A DNA stretch of 64,000 nucleotides, from the NCBI RefSeq assembly GCF_018977255.1, contig NW_024704742.1:40364001-40428000 (forward strand), read 5' to 3'. The position numbers were made by a program, and so were the translations under genes. This DNA comes from Callorhinchus milii. Taxonomy: Eukaryota. The notes below the pieces were generated by a model. The model searched no databases, was not told the DNA's origin, and saw only the letters and a program-made list of their open reading frames with translations. The stretch's first letter is position 1. Every line of letters begins with the position of its first letter. Shown piece by piece: positions 49,800 to 62,612 of the stretch.

Positions 49800-49945
49800 T
49801 GTCGGGGTAAAATTCTTCTGTTGCTGTCTAGAATTACTCTATTAGCGTAGCATTTTGGAGCATCCAGAATTTGTTAAATTCTTAAATATTGCCTTTAATT
49901 TTGAAGCCGTTTCTCCGCAATTTCTTTAAGAATTATTGAAAACCT
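49800..49945 (-). repeat. Unclassified interspersed repeat, copy 4 of 4
   Basis: Reverse complement aattaaaggcaatatttaagaatttaacaaattctggatgctccaaaatgctacgctaatagagtaa matches copy 3. Confidence 0.75.
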
Positions 49946-49984
49946 CTTCACAGTTAAAACTAATGTTTTAACTCCTTTGTGTGG

Positions 49985-50215
49985 AGTTGGGGAGGTGAGG
50001 TAGTGGCAGAGAGGGACAATGTTGCAGAGAAGAAAGAAAGCAGATTTGATTAGAGCCCAGATGAAAAGGTTTAAAGACAAAATGAGGGTCGAGCAGAACG
50101 CCAAGTTTCCGCACAGGCTCTGTGAGTTGGGGTGAGTAACCAAGGAGGTCAATGCGATCAGTGTCTAAGGTGAGGAAGCACTGGTGAGAACCGACGATGA
50201 TAGCCTCAGTTTTAT
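49985..50215 (-). mobile_element. Old L2 RT fragment
   Basis: Minus strand cggaaacttggcgttctgctcgacc (RKLGVLLD); KSAFFLLCNI. Confidence 0.7.
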
Positions 50216-50934
50216 AAATTTAACTTTGACATTTGACTCCCCGGTGTCTGTCCTAAAATTTGCCTTTCACAATCTTGAACCAGTGCACTCTTGTTCCACT
50301 GCCTTGTGTTTGCTGTTAATTCAGGCTATCGCAGAACTGGTTTTGCCAGATGCTCAGAGCTGCGTCAATGAATTTGACTGAAAATAATCAGAATAGGAGA
50401 GGGGGAAAGCATTGTATAACAGTTATCTTCTCCCATTTGTAAACTCAAAGGGAAAATCACTATTTGGGCATTTGCACTGCTTGGGATGCAGCATACTTAC
50501 ATTTTGTTAGCAATGACTTTAAATATTTGTACCAGCAGATACAATTAGTGACTCTATAATGGCTAGACATATCAACATGGATAGCTTCATTTTCCAACCT
50601 GTTAAAGTGGGACCTATTGAGCACTTTTATTGCTTTGATCTTCCAGCATTCAAATTAAATCCCATCGCAGACCTTCACATGCAGATCATAATAATGAGAG
50701 GATAATGGTGTCAGTGTTCTGGTTCATAACATCTAGCGCATTAACAAATAGCCAATATACATTATTTGTTCACTCTTACCCTGCAGTTCAGCTGTCTGTG
50801 CTTATTTCAGATCTACATGCTAAGCCTTCTTCTGAAAATCAAAATGCTTTGGCTGTCATATCACAATAATTTTCCCATAAGTTGAGACATTAATTTTTGT
50901 GCATTCCAAGCCATTTCTCCAAACAAAACTGTAG

Positions 50935-51170
50935 AATTAAAGAATTGACAGCACAGAAGGAGGCATTCTGAGCATATGTTGATATTCACTCCTCTGCTAG
51001 AGCTATCAAATCCCTATTCCCTGCTCTTGCCTTCCGCCCTTTTATTTTGTTGCCCTTCAAACAGTTATCCAATTCTGTTTTATTTATTTTTATGGTCTTA
51101 GCTTTAATAGGCACATGTGGCAAAGCATTTGATAGTCTAATAACCCTCTCTGCGTGAGAACATTTCTTCG
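50935..51170 (-). mobile_element. CR1 3' end
   Basis: ORF 50986-51204: ERVIRLSNALPHVPIKAKTI...KTELDNCLKGNKIKG; acagcacagaaggaggcattc tail. Confidence 0.85.
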
Positions 51171-51369
51171 AACTCAGCCTAAAGCTTCCAATCTGAAAAA
51201 ACATAAATAGGGGGTGGGGAGAACGCTCATTTTGTGCTTCTTCACCAGATAATAGCCCAGAAGTAATTACATAATATGAAAAAGCAAAATTTTACAAATA
51301 ACTCTCTCACAACATCTCAAAGAAAAGCAAGATGGTGCCAATATAGGGCAAACAAACAGACTATGAAAC

Positions 51370-52120
51370 ACCAACAATAACAAATTATATTTATATGGCA
51401 CTTATCACGTCGGGAGGATGTCCCAAGGTGCTGGCAATGAGTCCAAGCTACATATTGTGATTGAAGAGGGGTGGGAAGATGATCGAAGGCACAGTCGAAA
51501 AGGAAGATCTTGAGACATCTCTAGAAGGATGGGACCAGGCGGAGGGCCTCCAGAATGCAGTTCCAGATGGTAGAAAGGCTGAAGTAGAGCAGGCAGGGTG
51601 GGTGACGTGAAGCAGGCCAGTGCCTGCAGAGCAGAGGGAATGGACAGGTTGGTGACTTTTTAATAGGTTGCAGAGATCGAGGGGAGCAAGATCATTGAGG
51701 GCTTTAGAGGTGAGGACAAGGATTTGAATTTGATCCTCTCAGGGATGGGGAGTCAGTGAAGCCGGGCAAAGAGGTGGTGATCGGCTCATGGATCTTACTA
51801 CAGGAGACGGCATGCAGAGTTCTGAATAATCTGCAGTTTTTGGAGGGAAGAGTTGGGAAGTCCAGTGAGCAGGGAGTTAACATAGTCAAGGCTACAGGTA
51901 ATGAAAGTGTGGATGAGGTTTCAGCAGGGGAGAGGGGAGAGATGGTGGCAGAGCCAGGCAATGTTGCGGTGGTGAGGTGGAGACAGCAACCATGAATAGT
52001 GATGCTGTCAGTACCTGAGGCGAGGAGGCGCTGACGAAAGCCAAGTGGGAGAGCTTCGGTCATGTTGACATTCAACTGTAGCAATTGGCTTTCGTCCAGG
52101 ACTTGAGAAACCACAAGCAG
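51370..52120 (-). mobile_element. Older L2 3' fragment
   Basis: LLQLNVNMTEAL; cagattattcagaactctgc (QIIQNSA); terminal stem-loop. Confidence 0.85.
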
Positions 52121-52231
52121 TTAATAAAATAATAAAATAAAGGCTGACTTGTTGGAACCCAGGTGTTAATCGATCAGCGGATCGCTTTTCCGGGGGTATT
52201 GATCCCTTTAAAAANTATATATATATATATT

Positions 52232-52400
52232 AGTTTGGTCACTCAATCCACGATTGCTTGTGGGGCACTGATGTGCGCAATTAGCTACTGCGTTTCACCC
52301 ATAAAATATATGGACAATTCACTTACAGTAAAGTCTGTGAAGTGCTTTGATACGTCTCAAGGAAATGATACGGCGGAATATGAAATGTAAGGATTATTTT
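52232..52400 (+). mobile_element. SINE 3' half, next to an N and a (ta)n run
   Basis: ttggtcactcaatccacgattgcttgtggggcactgatgtgcgcaatt...ggattatt. Confidence 0.8.
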
Positions 52401-55224
52401 TAGTTCAGGACCAACGTTCTGCACACATGTGTCATGAAACCAGTTATTGTACCTTGTCATAGGCTGGGATTTTATACCAACCACCATGCTATAACAGGGC
52501 CCCCACCCTAAATGCACGTAAAATAAACTTTCCTTTACAAAATATGATTGATTAGAAATGAAGTAATTGTTATATAGCTAAGCCCGGAAACTTTTCTGAT
52601 TTTTTAGATTTTTTGAAATAACACATCAAATAAATGTTAAAATGTAGGCAAACATGGCAGCTAATGTGCAACCTACAAAATGCAGTCTATGCAGGAAATC
52701 CTGTGAAGCACCTTGAGGCGTCCTCCCTATATGAAAGGCAATGTATCATATGCAAGAATTATTATTATTTTATAACTTCCCAAAAAGTAACTATAGGTTG
52801 AGTACACAACTAACCTCTATTGTTTTGGATGAGGAAGGGAAACTTACCAGGACAACAGAAGGAAACTCCCTCTCTTCTTTGAAATATTTGCACAGGGTCT
52901 TTTAAAGTTTACCTGAATCATCGGGCAGATGGAAACTCAGTTTAACAACTCATTCAAAACAGAATGGCAGTCTGGATTAATCAAATAATAACTAATATTT
53001 ACAGTTAATAGAGTAACACAACAAACCAAATGTGCTTAAAAAGGCCTTTGAAGTTACTCCAAGTCAAGCTACTTGCACGAATGGGGACGGAAAGAAGCCA
53101 GAAATAAAGGATGATTCTAAGTACTTAACATCTTGACAAAGCCAACTACATCTCGTTATTCAATCAGACAAGTAGGTCATTTATTTTTATATTAGACATT
53201 CTTAGAGTGTCTAAACATATTTTATTTCCAATTTCCTTTCTTCCCTATTCTTGCAAGTTATTTTCTCCACCTCTTTAGGCTTCACCCACATAACATTCTG
53301 TTCTGCAGAACCCAGGGTGAACAGACAATCTGTTCCTGGATTCCTGCCAAAGTTGCCACTGAACCTGCTGTGTGAGGCTGACATGGGCTGACTCATCCTG
53401 CAATTTCCCAGATGGCACGGTTAAAGCTGGGAACCTACCGTGTGGAAAATGGGGAGTGCGTTGCATCCACTGTCCAATGCCAAGACCTGCTTTTATCTGA
53501 ACCACTGCTGATCTTGGCACAAAGCTGATATTTCAGAAGGAAAGCCAAGGAAAGAGAGAAAGGGAAAGGAAATGCTGGTGAACTACTTATCTTAGCCATC
53601 AGAAAGTACTCGTTGCAGGGAGAGATAGAAGCACAGAATAGGTCATTCTGGCTGGGTGCTCAAACTTGGTGACAGTAGCAAAGCAAAGGCTGGGAATACC
53701 TGAGGAATTGTCTGTAATGCAGGGCGGAGAGGAAAAAACATATAAGGGATTTAAAAAGAAAAGGTTGCTTTTAAAAAAAGTAAAGTCAAACCAGAAATGA
53801 GAAAAAAATCTCATTTAGAAGATAAGGAAGTACAGAAAAAAGAACAAAGGAAACTGAGAAAAATTAAGCCATAATCATGATGGTTAAAAAAAAGAAATAC
53901 AGGAAAGATAACAAGTAACTACACAATTGAATATGAAGAATGTACACCAGTCATTCAGTTTATTGACCATTTTATAGGGGTTGAAATAAATAAATAAATA
54001 TCTGCTTTTATCTCTGAAATACAGGAACAATGTAGTCAACATTTCCCATTGGAATACAGAGGACAAAATCAGTTAGTTTCCTTCAAAGTGTGTGTATGCT
54101 GTCATACGTAGCACAAATAAATCAAATATCTTAGCAACCACATCAGTGTTATGTATTTGACAATGTTAGGTCAGAGGATGCCATTCTATTTACGTCATTC
54201 TGAATATATCACACGCATTTGCACATTGAGACAGCGTTTGATAGCTTTGTCAAACATCAGTAATATCACCTTAAATTTGCTATGTAACCCCGGAGAGTGG
54301 GTGGGGAGACAACACGATACCTTAGCACAGTGCAAACTGTTGGTACAAACTACAGCCAACTTTTTTTAAAAAAACAAATGTGGTTCTGGACAGGATCAAA
54401 GATTTTATTTTCATAAAAATAAAAGTCTTGCAGGGGATTCCCATTTACACCAATTTCTTAGTACAAACCTATCAATTTGTTTGTTAATTTGACTATTTGG
54501 CTTGCAAATGGTAAAAGTTCCTGAACCCACCTGACCTTTTAAAGTGGCTCATCTAACTCACTCTAACTTGTTCACTGACAAATACAGAGCATACATGTAG
54601 GGACCTGAGTTATGTTTTATAGGCAATCCACAATGTGATGATCCCAATCTTTTAGGATCCCAAAACAGAGACGAACATTTGAAACAACCTGGATCAGGAT
54701 GAAATGCACAGCACGATGCCATCAGCAGGAAAAGCCTCCCCGAATCATCGGAGATTAATAAATAAATAGTTCTTGCAAATTATATGATACTTAGTCACTT
54801 AGTCAAAACAACTCAAAAAATTTAATGTAAAGTCAATGAATGTAAATGACGTGGACCCATAATAGACCTCGACATTGTAATCTTAGGAACATAGGAAAAT
54901 ACAAAAAGCAGGAGGCAATTCAGACCACCAAACCTCCAATTTATTAGATCTTGGCAGATCTTTTAATCCCAATGCCTCATGCTTTTACCTCTAATTGTAC
55001 AGAATATCAGACCTGAATCTCTAATAAATAACTTAATGCAGGATTCCCCAGTGAGCATTGATTCATGCTGGTGTGCAGTGTCACTGGTGCCAAACAAAGC
55101 CCTTTCAATGCCTCTCCCAAGTGACTAGTCATCATTTCTGAGTCTGAGCGGTGAGTATCAGCAGGAAATTCAACCCGAGTTTGGTGTGGAGGGTGTCACA
55201 GCTGAGCTCTGATCACACAGGGAA

Positions 55225-55545
55225 AGGGTGTGCTGCATTGATGGAGGTGTCATGTTTCAGATGAGACTTTAAACCGAGGTCCCGTCTGCCTGCTCAGATG
55301 GACATTAAACTTACCTTGGCACTATTTCAAAATACTAATAAAGCCCATTTCGCCTCAAGAGGCACTATATCAAATGCAAGGATTATTACCTGCTTGTCCT
55401 CATTGCCTCAAATTGTAACAAAGCGTTTCACAGAATATACTGTAAGGTGAATGGATTGTATATTTGTGAGCGGATCGCGGCAGCCAATTGCGCACAGCAG
55501 TGTCCCACAAACAGTCGAGACCAAATTGAGTGACCAAATTATCAT
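55225..55545. mobile_element. Two Deu/SINE fragments tail-to-tail (+ 55225-55390, - 55415-55545)
   Basis: gatgagactttaaaccgaggtcccgtctgcctgctcagatggac; gcagccaattgcgcacagcagtgtcccacaaac. Confidence 0.8.
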
Positions 55546-56184
55546 TATTAGAGATCCAGGCAAAGGAATCTTTAACACGTGTAAACCTCATTAAACGATG
55601 TGTTGTGAAGATATACAAAGAATTAAGGAAGTTGAAATTTCTCCTGTTGGTAAAAATCAGAGCATGAATAGGCTAGGAGGAACCCAGAGGCTTGGTACCA
55701 CGTTTGCTTGACATTTACTGACTGCTTCAGCTTGACACTGGTAGTATATAATGTGCTCTGAATTTTTTGATCATGTTACCAGCAATAACAAATTTCCACT
55801 GCAACTGTTCTATATTCTACATGCAACCTCCCAGAGAAATACAGAAATAGGTTTGTTGATCCCATCAGCATCTGGATGAGTCAGTAATACGCAGTTGTTT
55901 GTGCAGTGGGAGACAGCTAGAAAATGTGTCAGGAATTGAAATGGGAAGGAAAAGGTTTCTGTCTGACCATTAAGAGTGTATCCTTAACTGCTTCAAAACC
56001 AAAATCAGATGCCTCAAACAAAATATTAGTTCTGTCAATACTAATGATATTCAAATGACTGCAGAGACTAAATGACATTTTTGTAGCCTTTACTGAAAAT
56101 TTAATAACATAACCTTTAAAAAATAATTGTAACCTTTGAAAAAGGTAATCTGGCAGATAACTCATCTGTAGATTTGCCATAAAA

Positions 56185-56350
56185 GGGGTTTAACTATGAT
56201 GGGAGGCTGAGTAGATTGAAATTATATTTCTTAGAGTATGGCAGCTAAAGGGTCAGTTGATTGAAGCATTTAAAATAATGAAAGGAATTGATAGGTTAGG
56301 GAGTGAACAACTCTTCTTCTTTGGGAGAGGGATTCATTACAAGGAGCATA
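56185..56350 (+). mobile_element. CR1 RT C-terminal fragment
   Basis: LIEAFKIMKGIDRLGSEQLF, compare the CR1 motif GDLIEVFKIMKG.DRV. Confidence 0.8.
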
Positions 56351-56442
56351 GTAATAACATCATTAACAGCAAAACATCAACAACTTGTATTTATATAGCA
56401 CCATTCATGAAGGATAATGTTTCAGAGCATTTTACAAAGATG

Positions 56443-56648
56443 ATAATAATACTTGCATTTGATAATAGCGCCTTATCACGTCATTGAGATGTCTCAAAGG
56501 GCTTCACAGAGTATATTGTAAAGTGGATTGACTGTATTTTGCGGTCGAAACATGGCAGCCAATTGCAGGTTCCTACGACCACGGGAATCAAACCTGTGTT
56601 TTCTCACTCGCGAGGCAGGCCCGCTAACCACTACACTACGGGACTCCA
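56443..56648 (-). mobile_element. Internally deleted SINE (tRNA head joined directly to the tail)
   Basis: Minus strand ggagtcccgtagtgtagtggttagcgggcctgcctcgcgag...tttgattcc, then caattggctgcc and the tail. Confidence 0.75.
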
Positions 56649-56689
56649 CAAGATGGTGTCTGTTACCCAGCAAGGGAGAAGGAGGAGGG

Positions 56690-57090
56690 GGGAATGTGAC
56701 AATAAGTGCAGTCAGAAGAAGTATGTTTTTAGGCAGGATTTAAACACAGATAGAGAGGGCACAAGACAGAGGGGTCAAGGGAGGAAGTTCAGAGATTAGG
56801 GATGTAGCAGCTATCGGTGTCAGTGGTGGTTTGCAGGTGGTTGAGATGCAAAGCAAGCCTGAGTAAGCCCCGTGGAGAAGTGGGGTAGGAGAAGATCACT
56901 GAGACAGGGAGGTCCTAGGGTGTGAAGTGATTTATAGGTGAGGGAGAGGACCTTGAAGTGTATCCTTTGGGAGACGGGAAGTCGGTGGAGACTGGAAAGC
57001 TCTGAGGGCATGGGCATGAAGAGTTTGGAGCAGATGAAAATATTTCCGGTAGAGTTTGGGATTAACTGGAGTTTCTGGAAATGGAACTGA
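56690..57090 (-). mobile_element. Old L2 3' fragment
   Basis: ORF 56820-57017: LSSLHRLPVSQRIHFKVLSLTYKSLH. Confidence 0.8.
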
Positions 57091-57094
57091 GGAG

Positions 57095-57285
57095 CCCATT
57101 GAAATCAGAAGTGGGGATATTTAAATAAGAGGCAAACCGACAGTTAGGTAGTAGAGGTATAAATAGGTATGGTGAAAGGGCAGGGCACTGCGATTATAAT
57201 ATGACGAGATTCAATAAAATGGTGGAACAGACTTAATGAACTGAATGGCCTCCTCCTGCTCCTATGTTTTCCTATGTTCCTATCT
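57095..57285 (+). mobile_element. CR1 3' tail
   Basis: ggtatggtgaaagggcaggg...gaactgaatggcctcctcctgctcctatgttttcctatgttcctat. Confidence 0.8.
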
Positions 57286-57639
57286 TCCTATAAGCTTCCT
57301 AATTGCAGAGCGAAAACACAAAGCCTATTCATAGCATAATCAGCAGATTGAAAGGAAAGATGGGAGCAAACTCACAGTTAGTGCACTTCCTGACTTGTAA
57401 CCGATGTCACAAGTCTTCCCAACAACCTCTGCTGCCAGAAAACCTTTCTGCTGACACATGGCTATCAGCACACAAGTGCCCAGCAGCTAAAAGAATGACA
57501 CGAGAATATACTTTACAATACAACACACAGAATATTCAGTACACTGAAAAGTCACTCACGAAAGCAGTCCTGTGACTGGTGTTGGGGAAAGCATGTCATG
57601 GAGCAGGTTGCTTCTCATGCAGGGAAAGTCATGTCATCG

Positions 57640-57790
57640 TAGAATTATACAAAGGATTATACAGCACAGAAGGAGGCCATTCGGCCCATTGTGTCTGTGC
57701 CGGCTCTTTGAAAAGAGCTATCCAAATCAATCCCACTCCCCGCTCTCTCCCCATAGTCCTGCAGACTTGTCTTCCCCAAATAATTATCTC
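57640..57790 (-). mobile_element. CR1 3' tail
   Basis: tacagcacagaaggaggccattcggccc...gccggctctttgaaaagagctatccaa is the reverse complement of 63500-63610. Confidence 0.88.
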
Positions 57791-58994
57791 GTCATAGTTG
57801 TGTACGTCACATTGAATCGCCACATCTCAGCTGCAAGGTCAAAGCTGAGGTATCACAAGTTGGAGAAACTCACATTTTTTTTCTGCATGAGAAGCTGTTT
57901 GCAGAATGAGGTGCTTTATCCAGCAGCAAGGTGCCACTAGCTTTACCGATTTCAACATAACCAACAACCAACATAAACCGCTAATTGTAAAGTTGCACTG
58001 GCTTATGGTATCTATTTAAATACCATTATAAGATAAACTTGCATGGAACAGCTGTTTTTTTATTTAAAGAACCTCCACAGAGATTAGTCACTGGAACCTG
58101 AAATGAGTAACAAAAGGCTACCTTAAAAAGGAAAGTCACTAGCTTTATATCCACGGCAAAAGCTTTGGGTTTGCACTGAAGAGCAAAATTGATGTTTTCC
58201 CTGCTGAATTCTGTTTTTTTCACATGAATTTAAATGAGATTGCTCCAGCGAAGCTTTGATCTCGTTGCTATGGACGAAGCGAGTACTGCAAGAAAATCAG
58301 ACATTGAGAGCACAGCGTGAACACATGTACGGTTGGTGATTTTTCTTTGAAAAAAACATGAAGTGCAAAATGATGTAGGTAGACTCCTGTTGTACCAGAA
58401 ATGAGAGACTGCACACCACTTGTGATTTTTTAATGGATTTATCCCTCAGTCATGTTAACACCAGCTCGCCTTCAGGGTTTTCACAACTTTAAATTAATTT
58501 AAATTGTTCCTACATTGCACACTTGCACTATCCTTATATCAGCTGTTTTTATGTTATCCTGTGAAATAACTGATGTACTCAGAAGGTCTCATATTGTATG
58601 GTTTGCAGGAGCTTCCTATAAGTATCTGATTTCAGGATCGATCAACAATTTCAATTTAAAATGGATCACAGAAATGTCTATAACATCAACATAAAATCAC
58701 AAGAGGGGTATGAATGAAAAAGGTTCTTTAACCTATAGGATTTCCAAGATACTATCCCTTCCGACTATCTGTTACAGCAGCAACTTGTTATGCTGGCTGG
58801 TAACAATACTTTCAGATACCAGAAAGGCAGCAGGGCCAGGTGGTACAGGTTCAGGAAATGCAATTTGAGGGCAGATACCAATAAATATTTCTTTATATAG
58901 ATCGCAATCAATAGCTGGAACACATTACCAGGAAGACCGGCAGCGTCCAGGATAATGGATTTGTTTAAGAAGATTTGATACTGTTATGAGAAAC

Positions 58995-59298
58995 ACAACA
59001 ACAAAATCACATTTGTATAGTGCCTTTCAGTTTGGGAGGACGTTGTCCCAAGGCGCTGGACAATCAGTGTTTAGGACCCGAGTTGAGAGTCAGGATCGGG
59101 AGGGTGGAAGGCCGGGGGGAAAGGAGGGTGACCGAAGCCACGGTCGAAGAGGAGGGTATTGAGATGGATCTTAAAGGAGTTAAGGGAGGGGGCAAGGTGG
59201 AGGGTCTGTGGGATGGAGTTCCAGAGGGTGGGGGCAAAGTGGCGGAAGGCCTGACCACCAATGGTGGGGTGGGTGAGGTTGGGGACATGAAGCAGATA
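58995..59298 (-). mobile_element. L2 3' end
   Basis: LLHVPNLTHPTIGGQAF...LWNSIP...FKIHLNTLLF. Confidence 0.9.
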
Positions 59299-59304
59299 CA
59301 TGCA

Positions 59305-59370
59305 TACAGACAGACAGACAGACAGACAAGACGGCAGGCAGGCAGGCAGGCAGACAGACAGACATACAGA
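59305..59370. repeat. Compound tetranucleotide microsatellite (caga)n/(cagg)n
   Basis: Directly visible. Confidence 0.95.
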
Positions 59371-60514
59371 GATCCCAGTTGACAAAGATGTTAACCCACT
59401 GTATCATCTTATTCCCCCAAGATGGGGATTTAATTCACTTAGTTGTGAGTGAGCCGGATTCAAATCAAGTTCCTGCACTAATTTAGTTTCTCTGCCCAGT
59501 TCCATTCGATGAACTATTTTAAATCAGGCCTTGCATTTGTGTACATATTGAATGTACCTATATGATTCAAATGCCTTCTGAATTGATCAGTTACTTCCTA
59601 GAGAAATGGTAATGAACTTATGCAGAAAAACATGATTATTTATGTAAAATACTATTCATGAGCTACTTAAATTATCCATCTATAATAGAGTATGTGCCCT
59701 TTGCAGAGGAACAGCTGTCTGGGACCATCTTAGAAGGCAGTAAGATAATTGAGGAGCTCTGATGCTGCTGTAAAATGCAAGAACAAAGACTGAGCAGATT
59801 ATAAAGTCACCAGAAGCCCCTGATCGTTTTAACATCCTGCTGCATACTTTTCCAGACAGATGTTGTTTTTATATAGCTTCTATTGCATTTTCATTCATAT
59901 TTTATCATTAAGGTCCCCTGAATTTCACCAAACATGTTCGATGCTATCACTTCTGGGTCGAACGATACAAGCCTGTCTATTCAGTTAAACATTAAAAATC
60001 CTGTGACGCTTTTGTCCTTGCTGGCAATCTCTAGATAAATGTATTGAGCATTCACTTCATGGCTGTTTGTGCAATATTGCTCTGCACAGATTGGCTACTA
60101 CATTTGCCTACAAATTCAGTCATTACACTTACAGTTGTATCTAGGGCAAGGATTATTATCCTGTGTGGCTATGTGTTTTGATTATCAGGAAGGTATCCTG
60201 GATTTCACCAAACATGTTGGATTGTATCTGTCTTTTATATTTAAAATAAATTATGTTTTTATACCACCAAAGTCAGATATAGCTGTCTGGGCTCTCCATT
60301 GCTGCATTGCAGGTTTCTTGTACTTTGGTGGTACAAGAGATCACAAGATCAGTTTGGATTAAAAAAACACATTTAGCCCATTTGATTTCATCCTTAATTC
60401 TCCTCAGAATACTTACCCTACTATTCTTACATGACACTATAAAGATGTTATTTAAATGAGTCAAGTGTCCTGGCATCAACTAACCTTCCTGATAACCTAT
60501 TTCAGTCATTAGTT

Positions 60515-60655
60515 ACCCTCTGGAAAGTAAGGGTATTAAGGTGTATGGAGTAATAGCAGGGAATTGGAATTGAAATATAAAGTGTTACTGTGATAATATG
60601 CTAATAAAATGGGTGAAGGACTGAATGGCCTTCTGCTGTTCCTACTGTCTTATGT
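60515..60655 (+). mobile_element. CR1 3' tail, degraded
   Basis: gggtattaaggtgtatggag...ggactgaatggccttctgctgttcct. Confidence 0.7.
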
Positions 60656-60937
60656 TGTGAACGTCTGATGTCCAAACTTGTATATTATTTTCTGTAGCAT
60701 TGTATTTCACAGTATTTCACAGTAGCTGATCTGTGTAGTTACCCCGGCCTGATACTATAACAACAACAACAAATTACAGTTGTATAGCCCTGTTCACATC
60801 TGAAGGACGTCACAGGGAAAACTATTCCTAAGCATGGAGAAATATAAGAGAATGAACATATTTGGGAAAGAAAGGTCAAGCATTGAAACTATGTAATGGT
60901 ATTATAATGGGAACTCACATCATGCAGGGTCTGTTAC

Positions 60938-62612
60938 GACCTCCCATTCCTCTCCAAGATCCTGGAACGAGTCGCGTCCCAGCTCCACTCCTTTCTTTCT
61001 CGCCATTCCCTCTTTGAACCCCTCCAATCTGGCTTCCGCGCTGCCCACAGCACAGAAACAGCCCTGGTCAAAGTCACTAATGACATTCTGAACATCTGTG
61101 AACATGGCTCCCTCTGCCTCCTTGTCCTCCTTGACCTCTCTGCCGCCTTCGACACTGTCGACCACTCTCATACACCGCCTCTCCTTTTTACTTCATCTTC
61201 GTGGACCTGCCCTTGCCTGGATCGATTCCTATCTCTCTCACCATCTCCACTTTGTTGCCTCTAACGGTTTCTCCTCCAGCCCCCGCACTGTCACATCTGG
61301 CGTCCCCCAGGGCTCTGTCCTTGGCCCTCTCCTCTTTAATATCTACATGCTCCCCCTTGGTGACATCATCCACAGACATGGGGTCAACTTGCATATGTAT
61401 ACGGATGACACCCAACTCTATCTTTCTGCCTCCACCCTCAACTCCAGGACCACTGCTGTCCTGACAGACTGTCTGTCGGACATCAAGTCCTGGATGAGGG
61501 CAAATTTCCTACAGTTGAATGTGAACAAGACTGAGGCCCTCCTGATTGACTCGCGCCAGTGCCTCAGCACCTCAGGCTCTGGCAGCATCAACCTCCATGG
61601 TTGCACACTTCAACTCACCAGCCAGTCAGGAACCTGGGTGTCTTGTTCGACTCTCAACTGTCTTTTCTTCCCCACATCCAAGCCATGACTTGCTTAATAA
61701 TAATCCCTCCAAAATCAAAACCAATAATAAATTGGTCATTTTCAATCCATGATTGTTTGTGGGACGCTGCTGTGCACAATTGGCTGCCGCGTTCGCCCAC
61801 AAATATACAGTCAATTCACTTTATAGTGTGTTCTGTGAAGCGCTTTGGGACGTCCTCTTGACCTGAAAAGCGCTATATCAAATGCAAGGATTATTATTAT
61901 TATGTTATTCTTCCCCACATTTAAGCAATGACCCACTCTGCCTTCCCTCACCTCCGTAACATCACCCGACTCCGCCACTACCTCACCCCTCAGGCCGCTG
62001 AAATTCTTGTTCATGCCTTTATCACCTCCAGGCTCGAGTATGCAAACTCCCTGCTTGTCAGCCTTCCCAACTCCTCCCTCCACAGGCTGCAGATAATCCA
62101 GAACTCTGCAGCCCGTGTCCTCTCCCACACCAAACTCCATGACCCCATCTCCCCCACTCTCGCCCGACTCCACTGGCTCCCTATCCTTCAGAGGATCCAG
62201 TTCAAGATCCTGGTCCTCACCTACAAAGCCCTCCATGGCCTCGCCCCACCCTACCTCTGTGACCTCCTAACCCCCTACCAACCCGCCCATTCCCTCCGCT
62301 CAGCCGGCTCCGGCCTGCTCCACATCCCCCGACCCACCCGTCCCATCATTGGCGGGAGAGCCTTCAGCCACTCTGCCCCAAACCTCTGGAATTCCATCCT
62401 CCAATCACTCCGACTCGCCCCCGCCTTAGCCTCCTTTAAGTCCCTCCTCAAGACTCTCCTCTTCAAACATGCCATCGCCCACACCTCCTTCCTCTCCCCC
62501 CTTCCCTGACCCCAGCTCAGGTCTGAAATGCTGTGCACTGTTCAGCGCCTTGGGACATCCTCCCGACATGAAAGGCGCTATACAAATGTAATCTGGTTGT
62601 TGTTGTTGTTGC
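60938..62612 (+). mobile_element. L2 LINE (family C), 5'-truncated, interrupted by a SINE at 61690-61907
   Basis: RT ORFs 61098-61688 and 61928-62509; close match to 22385-23635; stem-loop and (ttg)n tail. Confidence 0.96.
61690..61907 (+). mobile_element. 5'-truncated chimeric SINE with a 25-bp TSD
   Basis: Flanked by ttcttccccacatccaagccatgac (61665-61689) and ttcttccccacatttaagcaatgac (61908-61932). Confidence 0.9.

Noticed and set aside
48046..49898. Kolobok/piggyBac-type element with TTAA TSD and TIRs
   Set aside because: Homology among the four copies extends outward past the TTAA, so TTAA is internal and not a target site.
52205..52232. Junction between two SINE fragments at an N
   Set aside because: An ambiguous base next to a (ta)n run may be an assembly join, so no biological inference is drawn.
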